Shown here piece after piece: positions 8,929-19,110 of a DNA stretch of 64,000 nucleotides. The notes beneath the pieces are model-generated. The model made no database searches and was not told the DNA's origin. It saw only the letters and a program-made list of their open reading frames with translations. Each line of letters starts with the position of its first letter. Position 1 is the first letter of the stretch. Origin of the DNA: an uncultured Actinomycetota bacterium (GTDB lineage: Bacteria; Actinomycetota; Actinomycetes; JAHEKZ01); the NCBI GenBank assembly GCA_963848085.1, contig CAWKCE010000005.1, positions 444,407 through 508,406 of the forward strand, read 5' to 3'. The translations under genes and the position numbers were made by a program.

Positions 8929-11547
8929 TTAGCGGCGGGAGCGGGTGGCGCGCTTCTTCTTCGGGGCCGGACCTTTCGCCCGCTTCTCCGCGAGCAGCTC
9001 GACCGCCCGGTCATCGGTGATCGTCTCCGGGTTGTCACCCTTACGCAGGGTGGCGTTGGTCTCCCCGTCGGTCACGTAGGGGCCGAACCGACCGTCCTTC
9101 ACCAGCATGGGCTTGCCCGACGACGGGTCGACGCCCAACTCCTTCAGCGGCGGGGTCTGAGCCCGGCCGCGCTGCTTGGGTTGGGCGTAGATCGCGAGCG
9201 CCTCGTCGAGCGTGATGTCGAACAGCTGCTGCTCGGTGTCCAGCGAGCGGGAGTCGGTGCCCTTCTTCAGGTAGGGGCCGTAGCGCCCGTTCTGAGCCGT
9301 GATCTCCACGCCGTCGGACGGGTCGGCGCCGACCGTGCGCGGCAGCGTCAGCAGGTGGAGCGCATCGTCGAGCGTGATCGTGTCCAGCGCCATGTCCTTG
9401 AACAGGGACGCGGTGCGCGGCTTGGCACCTTTGGGCGCATCTTCGGCGAGAACCTCGGTCACGTAAGGCCCGTAGCGTCCGGCCTTCGCCACGATCTGGC
9501 GGCCAGTCCCCGGGTCAGCGCCGAGCGGGAAGTCGCCGCTGGGAGCAGCCAACAGCTCCTCGGCCTTGTCCACGGTGAGGTCCTCCGGAGCGGTGTCGTC
9601 CGGGACGTTGGCGCGCTTCGGCTCTTCCTCGCCGTCCACCCGCCGCTCCACGTACGGCCCGTACCGCCCCACGCGCAGCACAATGCCGTTCCCCACGGGG
9701 AAGGAGTTGACCTCACGAGCGTCGATCTCGCCCAGGTTCGCGACGAGCGGATGCAGCCCAGGGAAGTCACGACCCGCGTCGCCGAAGTAGAAGCCTTCGA
9801 GCACCCGCTGGCGGGCGGTGTCGCCGGCGGCGACGCCGTCGAGGATCTCCTCCATCCGCGCGGTGAAGTCGTAGTCGACGAGTTCACTGAAGTGCTTCTC
9901 CAGCAACCCGATCACGCTGAACGCGAGGAAAGCCGGCACCAGCGCGCTCCCCCGCTTGAAGACGTAGCCGCGGTCGAGAATGGTCCCGATGATCGACGCA
10001 TAGGTCGACGGCCGGCCGATCCCGCGCTCCTCGAGAGCCTTGACCAGCGTGGCCTCGGTGTACCGGGCAGGTGGGTTGGTCGAGTGGCCCTCCGGTTCAA
10101 GCGCGACCGCGGACAGCGCATCCCCCTCGGACAGCGCCGGAAGCCGCCGCTCCTCGTCGGCCGCCGGGGCGTCCTCGTCGCGACCCTCCTCGTACACCGC
10201 CAGGAAGCCGCGCCGGGCGATGACGGTGCCCGACGATGCGAACTCCGCATCGCGACCGTCGCGCGACACCGCACCGATCCGGACCGAAACAGTGAACCCG
10301 GTCGCGTCGGCCATCTGCGACGCCAACGTGCGCTTCCAGATCAGCTCATACAGGGCGAGCTCGTCCGGCGACAGCTCCGCGGCGACCTCGCCGGGGGTCC
10401 GGAACGCGTCACCGGCCGGGCGGATGGCCTCGTGCGCCTCTTGGGCGTTCTTCACCTTTCGCACGTAGGTCCGGGGCGTCTCGTGGAGGTGGTCGTCGCC
10501 GTACAGCTCCGCCACCTGGGAGCGCGCCGCCCGCAGCGCCGTCTCTGACAACGTGGTCGAGTCGGTACGCATATAGGTGATGTAGCCGTTCTCGTACAAC
10601 CGCTGCGCAAACCGCATGGACGTCTTGGCGGTCATCCGCAGCTTCCGGCTGGCCTCCTGCTGCAGGGTCGACGTCATGAAGGGCGCGGCCGGAGAACGCC
10701 GGTACGGCTTCTGCTCCACCGAACGGACGACGAACGGCTGGTCGGTCAGCCCCTCGACGAGGCTTCGGGCGTCCGCCTCGGACAGCACGACAACGTTCTT
10801 GCCCTTGACCGCCCCGTCGCTGCCGAAGTCTCGGCCCTGCGCCACTCGGGAACCGTCGAGCTGGGCGAGCCGGGCGGAGAAGCTGCCGGGATCGAGGATC
10901 GCCTCGACGTCCCAGTAGCCGGCGCTGGTGAACGCGATCCGCTCGCGCTCCCGCTGCACGACGAGCCGCGTCGCCACGGACTGGACGCGCCCGGCTGACA
11001 GCCGCGGCATGATCTTCTTCCACAGGACCGGCGACACTTCGTAGCCATAGAGGCGGTCGATGATGCGCCGCGCCTCCTGCGCGTCTACCAGGCGCTGGTC
11101 GAGCTCACGAGGATCGTCGACCGCCGCCTGGATGGCTTCCTTGGTGATCTCGTGAAAGACCATCCGACGGACGGGAACCTTCGGGTTCAGCACCTGGAGC
11201 AGGTGCCACGCAATGGCCTCGCCCTCACGGTCCTCGTCCGTGGCCAGGAGCAGCTCGTCGGCGTTCGCGAGCAGCTTCTTCAGCTCCGAGACCTTCGACT
11301 TCTTGTCGGCGTCCACGACGTAGATCGCCTCGAAGCCGTTGTCGACGTCCACGCCGAGCCGGGCCCACTTCTGGCCCTTGTACTTGGCGGGGATGTCGGC
11401 AGCCTTGGTCGGCAGGTCCCGGATATGGCCCACGCTGGCCTCGACGTCGTACCCGCTGCCCAGGTAGCCACGGATCGTCTTCGCCTTGGCCGGCGACTCC
11501 ACGATCACGAGTCGTCGACCGCGGGTCACGGTCTCCTTGGCTGCCAC
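8929..11547 (-). CDS. topA: DNA topoisomerase I
   Basis: LVIVESPAKAK, ATDEDREGE, SAGRVQS, GYITYMRTDS, QEAHEAIRP, repeated GRYGPY Topo_C domains. Confidence 0.98.
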   Translation of the reverse strand: MAAKETVTRGRRLVIVESPAKAKTIRGYLGSGYDVEASVGHIRDLPTKAADIPAKYKGQKWARLGVDVDNGFEAIYVVDADKKSKVSELKKLLANADELLLATDEDREGEAIAWHLLQVLNPKVPVRRMVFHEITKEAIQAAVDDPRELDQRLVDAQEARRIIDRLYGYEVSPVLWKKIMPRLSAGRVQSVATRLVVQRERERIAFTSAGYWDVEAILDPGSFSARLAQLDGSRVAQGRDFGSDGAVKGKNVVVLSEADARSLVEGLTDQPFVVRSVEQKPYRRSPAAPFMTSTLQQEASRKLRMTAKTSMRFAQRLYENGYITYMRTDSTTLSETALRAARSQVAELYGDDHLHETPRTYVRKVKNAQEAHEAIRPAGDAFRTPGEVAAELSPDELALYELIWKRTLASQMADATGFTVSVRIGAVSRDGRDAEFASSGTVIARRGFLAVYEEGRDEDAPAADEERRLPALSEGDALSAVALEPEGHSTNPPARYTEATLVKALEERGIGRPSTYASIIGTILDRGYVFKRGSALVPAFLAFSVIGLLEKHFSELVDYDFTARMEEILDGVAAGDTARQRVLEGFYFGDAGRDFPGLHPLVANLGEIDAREVNSFPVGNGIVLRVGRYGPYVERRVDGEEEPKRANVPDDTAPEDLTVDKAEELLAAPSGDFPLGADPGTGRQIVAKAGRYGPYVTEVLAEDAPKGAKPRTASLFKDMALDTITLDDALHLLTLPRTVGADPSDGVEITAQNGRYGPYLKKGTDSRSLDTEQQLFDITLDEALAIYAQPKQRGRAQTPPLKELGVDPSSGKPMLVKDGRFGPYVTDGETNATLRKGDNPETITDDRAVELLAEKRAKGPAPKKKRATRSRR

Positions 11548-11598
11548 GCGGGTCCTTTCCCAGGTTTCGTCGAGCCCCGGCGCACGGCCAGTCGGCGG

Positions 11599-11629
11599 AG
11601 TGTGACCTCACGCAGCGGGGTCTTGTCAA
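11599..11629 (-). promoter_or_regulatory. Putative housekeeping-sigma promoter of topA
   Basis: Minus strand TTGACA-N19-CACACT about 50 bp upstream of the start; spacer is long. Confidence 0.4.
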
Positions 11630-11698
11630 ACGCCGACGACGCTACCGGCGTGGCGGAAACCCCGCTCGTCCGGCACCCAGGGAGCCCTTCCGGGCAGG

Positions 11699-14014
11699 TC
11701 AGGCCTCGACGGTGACCGCTCGGCGCTTGCTGAAGACCACCGCTCCCACCACGATGGCCACCGCTCCGAGGGAGATCGCCCAGCGCAGCGGCGCGTTGGC
11801 GTCGTCACCGATGGAGAGCTGGACGATGGCGGGGGCGATCAGGAGCGAGACCAGGTTCATCACCTTGATCAGCGGGTTGATCGCCGGTCCGGCGGTGTCC
11901 TTGAACGGGTCGCCCACGGTGTCGCCGATCACGGTGGCGGCGTGCGCCTCCGAGCCCTTGCCGCCGAAGTTGCCGTCCTCGACGAACTTCTTGGCGTTGT
12001 CCCAGGCGCCGCCGGAGTTGGCCAGGAAGACCGCCATGAGCACACCGGTGGCGATCGTTCCGACGAGGTAGGCACCCAGGGCGCCGACACCGAGGCCAAA
12101 GCCGACGGCGATCGGCGTGAGCACGGCCAGCAGGCCCGGCGTCGCCAGCTCACGCAGGGAGTCCCGCGTGACGATGTCGACGACCTTTCCGTACTCCGGG
12201 CGCTCCGAGTAGTCCATGATCCCGGGGTGGTCGCGGAACTGGCGACGCACCTCGTAAATGACCGCAGCCGCAGCTCGGGCGACGGCGCTGATGGCCAAGC
12301 CTGAGAAGAGGAACACGACAGACGCCCCGATGAGGACGCCCACCAGGTTGCGTGGGTTGGCCACATCGAGCACCCCGGCGTACTGGAGCAGGTCGCCGGC
12401 GCTGATGCCGCTGACGCTTCCCGTGACGCTCGCTGCAGCGCTGGTGACACCCTCGCGGAACGCGCCGAACAACGCGGTCGCGGCGAGGACAGCAGTCGCG
12501 ATGGCGATGCCCTTGGTGACCGCCTTCGTGGTGTTGCCCACCGCGTCCAGGCTGGTCAGGACCTTGGCGCCCTCGCCGTGGACGTCCCCGGACATCTCGG
12601 CGATGCCCTGGGCGTTGTCGGACACCGGCCCGAACGTGTCCATGGCCACGATGACACCCACCGTGGTCAGCAGCCCGGTGCCGGCGAGCGCGATCGCGAA
12701 CAACGACAGCGTGATAGATCCGGATCCGAGCAGGAAGGCGCCGTACACGGCGGCACCGATGAGCAGCGCCGAGTACACCGCCGACTCCAGGCCGATCGAG
12801 ATGCCGGCGAGGATGACGGTCGCCGGGCCGGTCATGGACGACTTCGCGACGTCGTCGACCGGGCGTCGGTTGGTTTCGGTGAAGTAGCCGGTCAGCTGTT
12901 GGATGGCCGCAGCCAAGATGATCCCGATCAGCACCGCACCGATGGCCATCAGCCGCGGGTTGAACGAGGTGACCGAGCCGACGATCCCCAGGTTCTCGAC
13001 CGCGACGCCCTTGAACTCGGTGATGCGCGCGGGGAGGAAGGCGAACGCGGCGATGGCGACCAGGATCGCCGAGACACCGGCCGAGATGAAGAAGCCGCGG
13101 TTGATCGCGCTCATCCCGGAGCGGTCACCGGCACGAGGGGCGACCGCGAAGATGCCGATCACCGCGGTGATCACGCCGATCGCGGGGACGATGAGCGGGA
13201 AGACCAGCCCGATCTCGCCGAAGGCCGCCGAGCCAAGGATCAGCGCGGCGACCAGCGTCACGGCGTAGGACTCGAACAGGTCGGCCGCCATTCCGGCGCA
13301 GTCACCGACGTTGTCGCCGACGTTGTCAGCGATCGTCGCGGCGTTGCGCGGGTCGTCCTCCGGGATGCCTTGCTCAACCTTGCCGACGAGGTCGGCCCCG
13401 ACGTCTGCCGCCTTGGTGAAGATGCCTCCGCCGACACGCATGAACATGGCCAGCATCGCGGCGCCGAAGCCGAAGCCCTCGAGGACCTTCGGCGCGTCGC
13501 CCTGGTAGACCAGCACGACGATTGCCGCGCCGAACAGGCCGAGGCCCACGGTGAACATGCCCGCCACACCGCCGGTCCGGAACGCGATCCGCATCGCGTC
13601 CTGCTCGCCGGTCTCCCGGGCAGCCGCGGCGACGCGGACGTTGGCGCGGACCGCCAGCCACATGCCGACGTACCCGGTCACTGCGGAGAACAGGGCACCG
13701 ACGATGAAGAACAGGGAGCGTCCGATTCGCTCGCTCTGGGAGTCCGCCGGCAGGAAGAACAGCACGACGAACACCACGACGGCGAACACGGCGAGGGTGC
13801 GGAACTGCCGCTGAAGGTAGGCGGCGGCACCCTCCTGGATCGCCTTGGCGATGGACTGCATGTTCTCGGTGCCCTCGCCCGCAGCGAGGACCTCGCGAAC
13901 CAGGTAGCCGGCCACGGCGAGTGCCGCCAGGGCGACCAGTGCGACCACGACGACCCACGTCAGGTTCGCACCGCTGAGCGAGAGCTCACCAGGCATTGCG
14001 GCGAGCACGGACAT
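11699..14014 (-). CDS. hppA: Membrane proton-translocating pyrophosphatase, K+-independent type
   Basis: DVGADLVGKVE, DNVGDNVGD, GDPFKDTAGP; GNTTKA (Lys) signature. ATG 14014 follows GGGAGG. Confidence 0.96.
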   Translation of the reverse strand: MSVLAAMPGELSLSGANLTWVVVVALVALAALAVAGYLVREVLAAGEGTENMQSIAKAIQEGAAAYLQRQFRTLAVFAVVVFVVLFFLPADSQSERIGRSLFFIVGALFSAVTGYVGMWLAVRANVRVAAAARETGEQDAMRIAFRTGGVAGMFTVGLGLFGAAIVVLVYQGDAPKVLEGFGFGAAMLAMFMRVGGGIFTKAADVGADLVGKVEQGIPEDDPRNAATIADNVGDNVGDCAGMAADLFESYAVTLVAALILGSAAFGEIGLVFPLIVPAIGVITAVIGIFAVAPRAGDRSGMSAINRGFFISAGVSAILVAIAAFAFLPARITEFKGVAVENLGIVGSVTSFNPRLMAIGAVLIGIILAAAIQQLTGYFTETNRRPVDDVAKSSMTGPATVILAGISIGLESAVYSALLIGAAVYGAFLLGSGSITLSLFAIALAGTGLLTTVGVIVAMDTFGPVSDNAQGIAEMSGDVHGEGAKVLTSLDAVGNTTKAVTKGIAIATAVLAATALFGAFREGVTSAAASVTGSVSGISAGDLLQYAGVLDVANPRNLVGVLIGASVVFLFSGLAISAVARAAAAVIYEVRRQFRDHPGIMDYSERPEYGKVVDIVTRDSLRELATPGLLAVLTPIAVGFGLGVGALGAYLVGTIATGVLMAVFLANSGGAWDNAKKFVEDGNFGGKGSEAHAATVIGDTVGDPFKDTAGPAINPLIKVMNLVSLLIAPAIVQLSIGDDANAPLRWAISLGAVAIVVGAVVFSKRRAVTVEA

Positions 14015-14181
14015 TCTGCCTCCCACGATCGGCTTGCCTCGTCCGCTGACGGGTCCCGTCACCGAGGCGTCCGGGAGTCTACGCAAGGCCTGATGCAGGT
14101 GTCCGGCCCCCCCAGGGAATTCCGGCGGCGGCCAGGGAGGGGAGCGGCGCAGGGCGCGCAGTGGTTTGCGAGACTCCTGAA

Positions 14182-16503
14182 GTGAGCCAGGACCGCGCCC
14201 TGCTCGAGGGTCTGACGGCGGCTCCCGGCCGACACTGCCGGGCGCTGCATGTCGAGCACGTCCCGGCACGGCCCGCGCGGTCAGCGCCGTGGCCAGGCTG
14301 GGTGCCCGGTGAGCTCGTGTCCGCGTGGGCGGCCATCGGGGTCGAGGCGCCATGGGAGCACCAGGTCCAGGCTGCCGAGCACGCCAGGGCCGGTCGGTCG
14401 GTCGTTGTCTCCACCGGCACCGCGTCCGGGAAGTCCCTCGCGTACCTGATTCCGGTGCTGACCTCCGTCGTCGAGGGGACCGCGGACGGCGGCCGGGGCG
14501 CGACCGCCCTCTACCTGGCCCCTACCAAGGCGCTCGCCTCCGACCAGCTGCGACGCCTCCGGGAGCTCGACATCGGCGGCTTGCGGGCCGCCACGTACGA
14601 CGGGGACACCCCGGGCGAGGAGCGCGAGTGGGTCCGGTCCCACGCGAACGTTGTGCTCACCAACCCCGACATGCTCCATCACTCGATGCTGCCCGGACAC
14701 GCTCGCTGGGGTCCGTTCCTTGCCGACCTTCGCTATGTGGTGATCGACGAGGTCCACGCCTACCGGGGAGTGTTCGGCTCGCACGTGTCGGCGGTGGTGC
14801 GGCGCCTGCGCCGGGTGGCGGCCCGGCACGGAGCAGACCCAACGTTCATCCTGGCCTCAGCCACGGTCGCCGACCCGGCCGCGTCCGCCGGTCGGCTCAC
14901 GGGGCGACGGGTCGAGGAGGTGGTCGACGACGCGTCCCCGCGGGGCCGGCTCGACTTCGTCCTCTGGGAGCCGCCGCTCACCGAGCTGTCCGGGGAGCGC
15001 GGCGCACCGGTACGCCGCACCACCACCGCGGAGACCGCTGAGCTCCTGGCCGACCTGGTGGTCGCCGGGGCGCGGACCCTGTCGTTCGTCCGCTCCCGCC
15101 GCGGCGCCGAGGTCGTGGCCCTGTTGGCCCGACACACCCTCGAGGAGGTGGACCCCTCGCTGGGCCGGAGAGTCGCGGCCTACCGAGCCGGCTACCTGCC
15201 TGAGGAGCGGCGGCTGCTGGAGCAGCGACTGCAGTCGGGCGACCTCCTCGGCGTCGCGGCGACCAGCGCGCTGGAGCTCGGCGTCGACGTCACCGGCTTG
15301 GACGCGGTCCTTCTCGCCGGGTGGCCGGGAACTCGCGCATCGCTGTGGCAGCAGGCTGGGCGAGCCGGTCGGGACGCCCGCAGCTCGATCGCCATCCTCG
15401 TCGCCCGAGACGACCCCCTCGACACCTACTTGGTGCACCACCCAGAGGCGATCTTCGGCCAGCCCGTCGAGGCCACGGTCTTCGACCCCGACAACCCCTA
15501 CGTCCTCGGCCCGCACCTGGCGGCGGCGGCCGCCGAGCTTCCGCTGACGGAGGCCGACCTGGAGCTGTTCGGGCCGACGACCTCTGAGCTCGTCGACGAG
15601 CTGGTCGCACGCGGCTGGCTGCGTCGCCGCAGCACCGGCTGGTACTGGACCCGCCGGGAGCGGGCGACCGACCTCGCGGATCTGCGAGGCATCGGTGGCA
15701 CCCCGGTTCGCGTCGTCGAGCAGGACACCGGACGGTTGCTCGGAACCGTCGACCCAGGTTCCTCGCACACCACCGTCCATGGCGGCGCCGTCTACGTCCA
15801 CCAGGGCGTCACCCATGTCGTCGACACCCTCGACCTGGAGGCCTCGGTCGCCCTGGTGCACCGGGAGGACCCCGACTGGACCACCTCGGCACGGGAGGTC
15901 ACCGAGCTGCGAGTCCTGGAGACCCACCAGTCATTGCTGCAGGGTCGAGCCGCGGTGCACCTGGGGACGGTCGAGGTGACTCGTCAGGTGGTGGGCTTCC
16001 TGCGGCGTCGCATCGTGACCGGCGAGGTCCTGGGTGAGGAGCCGCTGGACCTGCCCCCTCGCTCCCTGCGCACGAAGGCGGTGTGGTGGACGCTGGCGGA
16101 GGCCGTGCCAGACCTCGCGGAGACACATCTGGCGGGGGCGCTGCATGCCGCCGAGCACGCGGCGATCGGCCTGCTCCCGTTGTTCGCGACCTGCGACCGG
16201 TGGGACATCGGCGGGGTGTCGACCGCGCACCACGTCGACACCGGGCTGCCCACGGTGTTCGTCTACGACGGGCAGGCCGGCGGTGGCGGATTCGCCGAGC
16301 GCGGATACGCCCGGGCCCACGACTGGTTGACGGCCACCCGAGCGGCCATCGCAGACTGCGAGTGCCCGGACGGCTGCCCGTCGTGTGTGCAGTCCCCCAA
16401 GTGTGGCAACGGAAACGACCCGCTGGACAAGTCCGGGGCGTTGCAGGTGCTCGACGCCGTACTGAGCGACGGCAGCGCCTCACCCACAGCACCCACCGGA
16501 TGA
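14182..16503 (+). CDS. DEAD/DEAH helicase with DUF1998 (YprA/Hrq1/SftH, Rv3649-like)
   Basis: TGTASGKS, DEVH, SAT, ALELGVD, QQAGRAGR, C-terminal CDRWD...CECPDGCPSCVQSPKC. Confidence 0.93.
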   Translation: MSQDRALLEGLTAAPGRHCRALHVEHVPARPARSAPWPGWVPGELVSAWAAIGVEAPWEHQVQAAEHARAGRSVVVSTGTASGKSLAYLIPVLTSVVEGTADGGRGATALYLAPTKALASDQLRRLRELDIGGLRAATYDGDTPGEEREWVRSHANVVLTNPDMLHHSMLPGHARWGPFLADLRYVVIDEVHAYRGVFGSHVSAVVRRLRRVAARHGADPTFILASATVADPAASAGRLTGRRVEEVVDDASPRGRLDFVLWEPPLTELSGERGAPVRRTTTAETAELLADLVVAGARTLSFVRSRRGAEVVALLARHTLEEVDPSLGRRVAAYRAGYLPEERRLLEQRLQSGDLLGVAATSALELGVDVTGLDAVLLAGWPGTRASLWQQAGRAGRDARSSIAILVARDDPLDTYLVHHPEAIFGQPVEATVFDPDNPYVLGPHLAAAAAELPLTEADLELFGPTTSELVDELVARGWLRRRSTGWYWTRRERATDLADLRGIGGTPVRVVEQDTGRLLGTVDPGSSHTTVHGGAVYVHQGVTHVVDTLDLEASVALVHREDPDWTTSAREVTELRVLETHQSLLQGRAAVHLGTVEVTRQVVGFLRRRIVTGEVLGEEPLDLPPRSLRTKAVWWTLAEAVPDLAETHLAGALHAAEHAAIGLLPLFATCDRWDIGGVSTAHHVDTGLPTVFVYDGQAGGGGFAERGYARAHDWLTATRAAIADCECPDGCPSCVQSPKCGNGNDPLDKSGALQVLDAVLSDGSASPTAPTG

Positions 16504-16874
16504 CCAGGGGTGGGAAGGCCGGCGCGCGACGACGCCGCGAACACGGGCAGCAGCACCGACGTCGGGGTGAGCTCGACCGTCACCGTCACCGAGAACCCGT
16601 CGATGGCGCATGCGCGCAGCCGGGCACCATTGGCCGACGCGACGGCTGCGGCATCTGCACACGCCAGACCAGGGGCGTCGTCCAGTCGGCTGGCGGCTGC
16701 CAGCGCCGACAGGTCGGCGGCGGCGACCGTTCGCTCGTGGGCGACCACGATGGCCAGCACTGCGGCCACGACCGCCGCCCCGCACAGGACGAGGAGTCCG
16801 GCGGTCATCGCCCACACCGTGCCTGACCCGGTATCTCGAGTGTCTGCCCGACGGCCACCCGCCGACCGCGTCAC
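16263..16874 (-). CDS. TadE-like pilus protein (Rv3654c family) with run-on C-terminus
   Basis: DTGSGTV prepilin-like segment, AAADLSALAAA, two Cys, family end SRAG; reading frame continues antisense into the helicase. Confidence 0.75.
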   Translation of the reverse strand: MTRSAGGRRADTRDTGSGTVWAMTAGLLVLCGAAVVAAVLAIVVAHERTVAAADLSALAAASRLDDAPGLACADAAAVASANGARLRACAIDGFSVTVTVELTPTSVLLPVFAASSRAGLPTPGHPVGAVGEALPSLSTASSTCNAPDLSSGSFPLPHLGDCTHDGQPSGHSQSAMAARVAVNQSWARAYPRSANPPPPACPS

Positions 16875-17305
16875 CACCGAACCCGGCCCTCCCACTCGAG
16901 CGCGACCGTCGCGGTCGAGTGGACGTCGGGGAGCGGTAGCCACGGCAGCGCGCGGCGGCCAGGCGCAGTGATCGTCACGGTCACCTGACCGTCACCGGTC
17001 CGAACCGCGAAGGCACTCCCCGGAGGAACCGCCTGCAACGCCGACGCACGGACCGACTCGGCAGACTCACCCCGAGCGAGCAGTCGAGCCGCGGACCGAC
17101 TGGCCTCGGTGACCTGCACCTGGTCCAAGCCGCTGCCCAGGACCGACACGATGACGGCGAGCACCGCGGCCAGCCCCGGGAGGAGCACCGCGGTCTCGGC
17201 AGTGACGGTGCCCCGCTGGGACTGGTGGGATGCCGGCCGCCGGGGGGCGAGGCGCTGCCCGCGCCCCCCGGCACGCGTCGGCTCAGAAGATCGCCGACAG
17301 CGCAC
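16871..17305 (-). CDS. TadE family minor pilin (start uncertain)
   Basis: QRGTVTAETAVLLP, EASRSAARLLARGE. Confidence 0.85.
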   Translation of the reverse strand: MRCRRSSEPTRAGGRGQRLAPRRPASHQSQRGTVTAETAVLLPGLAAVLAVIVSVLGSGLDQVQVTEASRSAARLLARGESAESVRASALQAVPPGSAFAVRTGDGQVTVTITAPGRRALPWLPLPDVHSTATVALEWEGRVRW

Positions 17306-17462
17306 GCGAGATCAGCTCGCTGAGCAGACCTGCGACGCCGTCGCTGGTCAAGAGCTCGATGAGGACGCCCGCGAAGCCGCACGCGGCGACCGTGCCGACC
17401 GCGTACTCGGCCGTGGTCATTCCCGCATCATCGGCGCGGACACCGGACATCACGTTGCGCAT
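17283..17462 (-). CDS. Flp pilin-like DUF4244 protein
   Basis: DDAGMTTAEYAVGTVAACGFA; RBS GGAGGT before ATG 17462. Confidence 0.9.
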   Translation of the reverse strand: MRNVMSGVRADDAGMTTAEYAVGTVAACGFAGVLIELLTSDGVAGLLSELISRALSAIF

Positions 17463-17605
17463 GGCACCTCCAACACCCCGGCAGGCGGCCGGTTCGCACA
17501 GACCGATGGACTGCCCCAGCAGCGTGCGATCCCGCGCGCACCAGGCGGCGGTCGCAGTGGGATCTGGGGACCGCGGGCCGATCGGCTCCGCTGTGGACGG
17601 CGGCG

Positions 17606-18364
17606 TCACCAGAGCTCCCCCGCCAGGCCGATGACGATCGGAACCACGCCCAGCAGCACGAACCCCGGAAGGAAGCACAGCCCGAGCGGCGCCGCCGAAC
17701 GCGTCCCCAGCCGGCGGGCGTCGGCGAGCCACGCTTCCCGCCGCTCGGCACGAAGGTCACCGGCCAGGGAGTCCAGGAGGTCGGCGGCCGGAGCCCCGGT
17801 GGCCGCACTGCGACCGAACACCCGCGCCAGCGGACGGAGGTCAGACGCGTCGCCGATGTCCCACGCCTCCTCTGGGGCGGCGCCGTGCCCCAGCCGCCGG
17901 GCGACCCGTTCGAGATCCAGTCGGAGCGATCCGGGCGTGGCTGCCGCAACGGCTCGGACCGCGGCTACCGGGCCGGCTCCCGCCCGCAGGCAGGCGACCA
18001 GGAGATCGACCGAGGTCGGCAGTGCCGCTGCCCGGACCCGACGCCGGTCGCGGACCGCAGCCGGTTCTGCCCTCCGCAGCCAGCCGACCAGTGCCCAGCC
18101 GACGCCGGCGGCGACGAGCCAGCCCATCAGCCCGCCGACCGACCAGCCGAGGCCCACCGCTCCTACCGTCACGGCCAGCTGCGACCAGTGGGACGGCGGC
18201 GCAGTCGGGGGGACGGGCTCCCGGCGCCCGGCCGCTTCGGACTCCCCTGGGTGCATCGCGTCGACCACCGAGGTCAGTCGGCGGAGCCCCTGCCGGGGCG
18301 CCAGCCACAGCCAGACCGATGCCGACGCGGTCGCCGCCGACCCGGCGACCAGCCACCACGTCAC
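17606..18364 (-). CDS. tadC: TadC / T2SS F family membrane protein
   Basis: VDLLVACLRAGA, TGAP, APLGLCFLPGFVLLGVVP. Confidence 0.88.
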   Translation of the reverse strand: MTWWLVAGSAATASASVWLWLAPRQGLRRLTSVVDAMHPGESEAAGRREPVPPTAPPSHWSQLAVTVGAVGLGWSVGGLMGWLVAAGVGWALVGWLRRAEPAAVRDRRRVRAAALPTSVDLLVACLRAGAGPVAAVRAVAAATPGSLRLDLERVARRLGHGAAPEEAWDIGDASDLRPLARVFGRSAATGAPAADLLDSLAGDLRAERREAWLADARRLGTRSAAPLGLCFLPGFVLLGVVPIVIGLAGELW

Positions 18365-18378
18365 CACGTCACCACGTC
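18355..18378. repeat. 8-bp tandem repeat x3 at the tadB/tadC junction
   Basis: (accacgtc)3, i.e. (GACGTGGT)3 on the coding strand, containing the tadB stop and tadC start. Confidence 0.9.
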
Positions 18379-19110
18379 GCCTCGGTACCTGCCCGGGTCG
18401 AGCGCCGACGCCCCCCGCTCGATCCACCACCACCCAGCGACCTGGAGCGGAACCCCGAGCAGCAGACACACCCGGCCATAGCCGGTCGTGACCAGGACCC
18501 CGAGCGGGTCGGCGCCGAGGGCCGACCCCAGCAACCACCCGAACGCCGGGAGCAAGGCCAGCAGGCGAGCTGTGGCGCGTGGACCGGAAAGCTGACCGGT
18601 CACCTCACGGGCGACCATCAGCTCGTTGCGCAGGCCCAGCGCGACCTTCTCGAGGCCTCTGGCCAGCCCCGCGCCGGACTGCTCCGCCACCCGCCAACAG
18701 GACGCCACCGCCAGGAGGCCGTGAGCCCCGGGCAGGGTCGCGGTGGACTCGAGGCGCTCGGCGACGTCGTGACCATCCGCGGCGACGCCGGCCAGCGCCG
18801 CCAGGTCAGGGGGCCCAACGGCGGCTGCCGCCGCGAGTGCGGCGGCCGGCATCCTCCCGGATCGCAGCTCGGCTGCCATCCCGTCCACCAGCTCGACGAC
18901 CGCCGCCGACCGCTGCTCCACCTCCCGGCGGCGGATCCGGCGCAGCCGGGACGTCAGCCGTGCCCCCCACTGCCCGCCAGTCGGCGGCCGAGCCGCGTCG
19001 GGGCCGTCCCCACCGGCGGCCGCAGCCAGCCGGCCGGCCGGGGCAGAAGGCGCGACGAGCAGCGCGACCGCACCGGCCACCGCAGCAGCGGCGAGCACCA
19101 CGGGGATCAT
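18361..19110 (-). CDS. tadB: TadB / T2SS F family membrane protein
   Basis: AAELRSG, CWRVAEQSGAGLA, GPRATARLLALLP, LGADPL. Confidence 0.88.
   Translation of the reverse strand: MIPVVLAAAAVAGAVALLVAPSAPAGRLAAAAGGDGPDAARPPTGGQWGARLTSRLRRIRRREVEQRSAAVVELVDGMAAELRSGRMPAAALAAAAAVGPPDLAALAGVAADGHDVAERLESTATLPGAHGLLAVASCWRVAEQSGAGLARGLEKVALGLRNELMVAREVTGQLSGPRATARLLALLPAFGWLLGSALGADPLGVLVTTGYGRVCLLLGVPLQVAGWWWIERGASALDPGRYRGDVVTW

Noticed and set aside
12869-12878. Partial match (gttggtttc) to the REP unit
   Set aside because: Short chance match inside the hppA coding sequence.
14182-16503. DUF1998 helicase as a DISARM/Druantia-type defence gene
   Set aside because: It is the conserved housekeeping helicase next to the actinobacterial tad locus; no defence partners are nearby.
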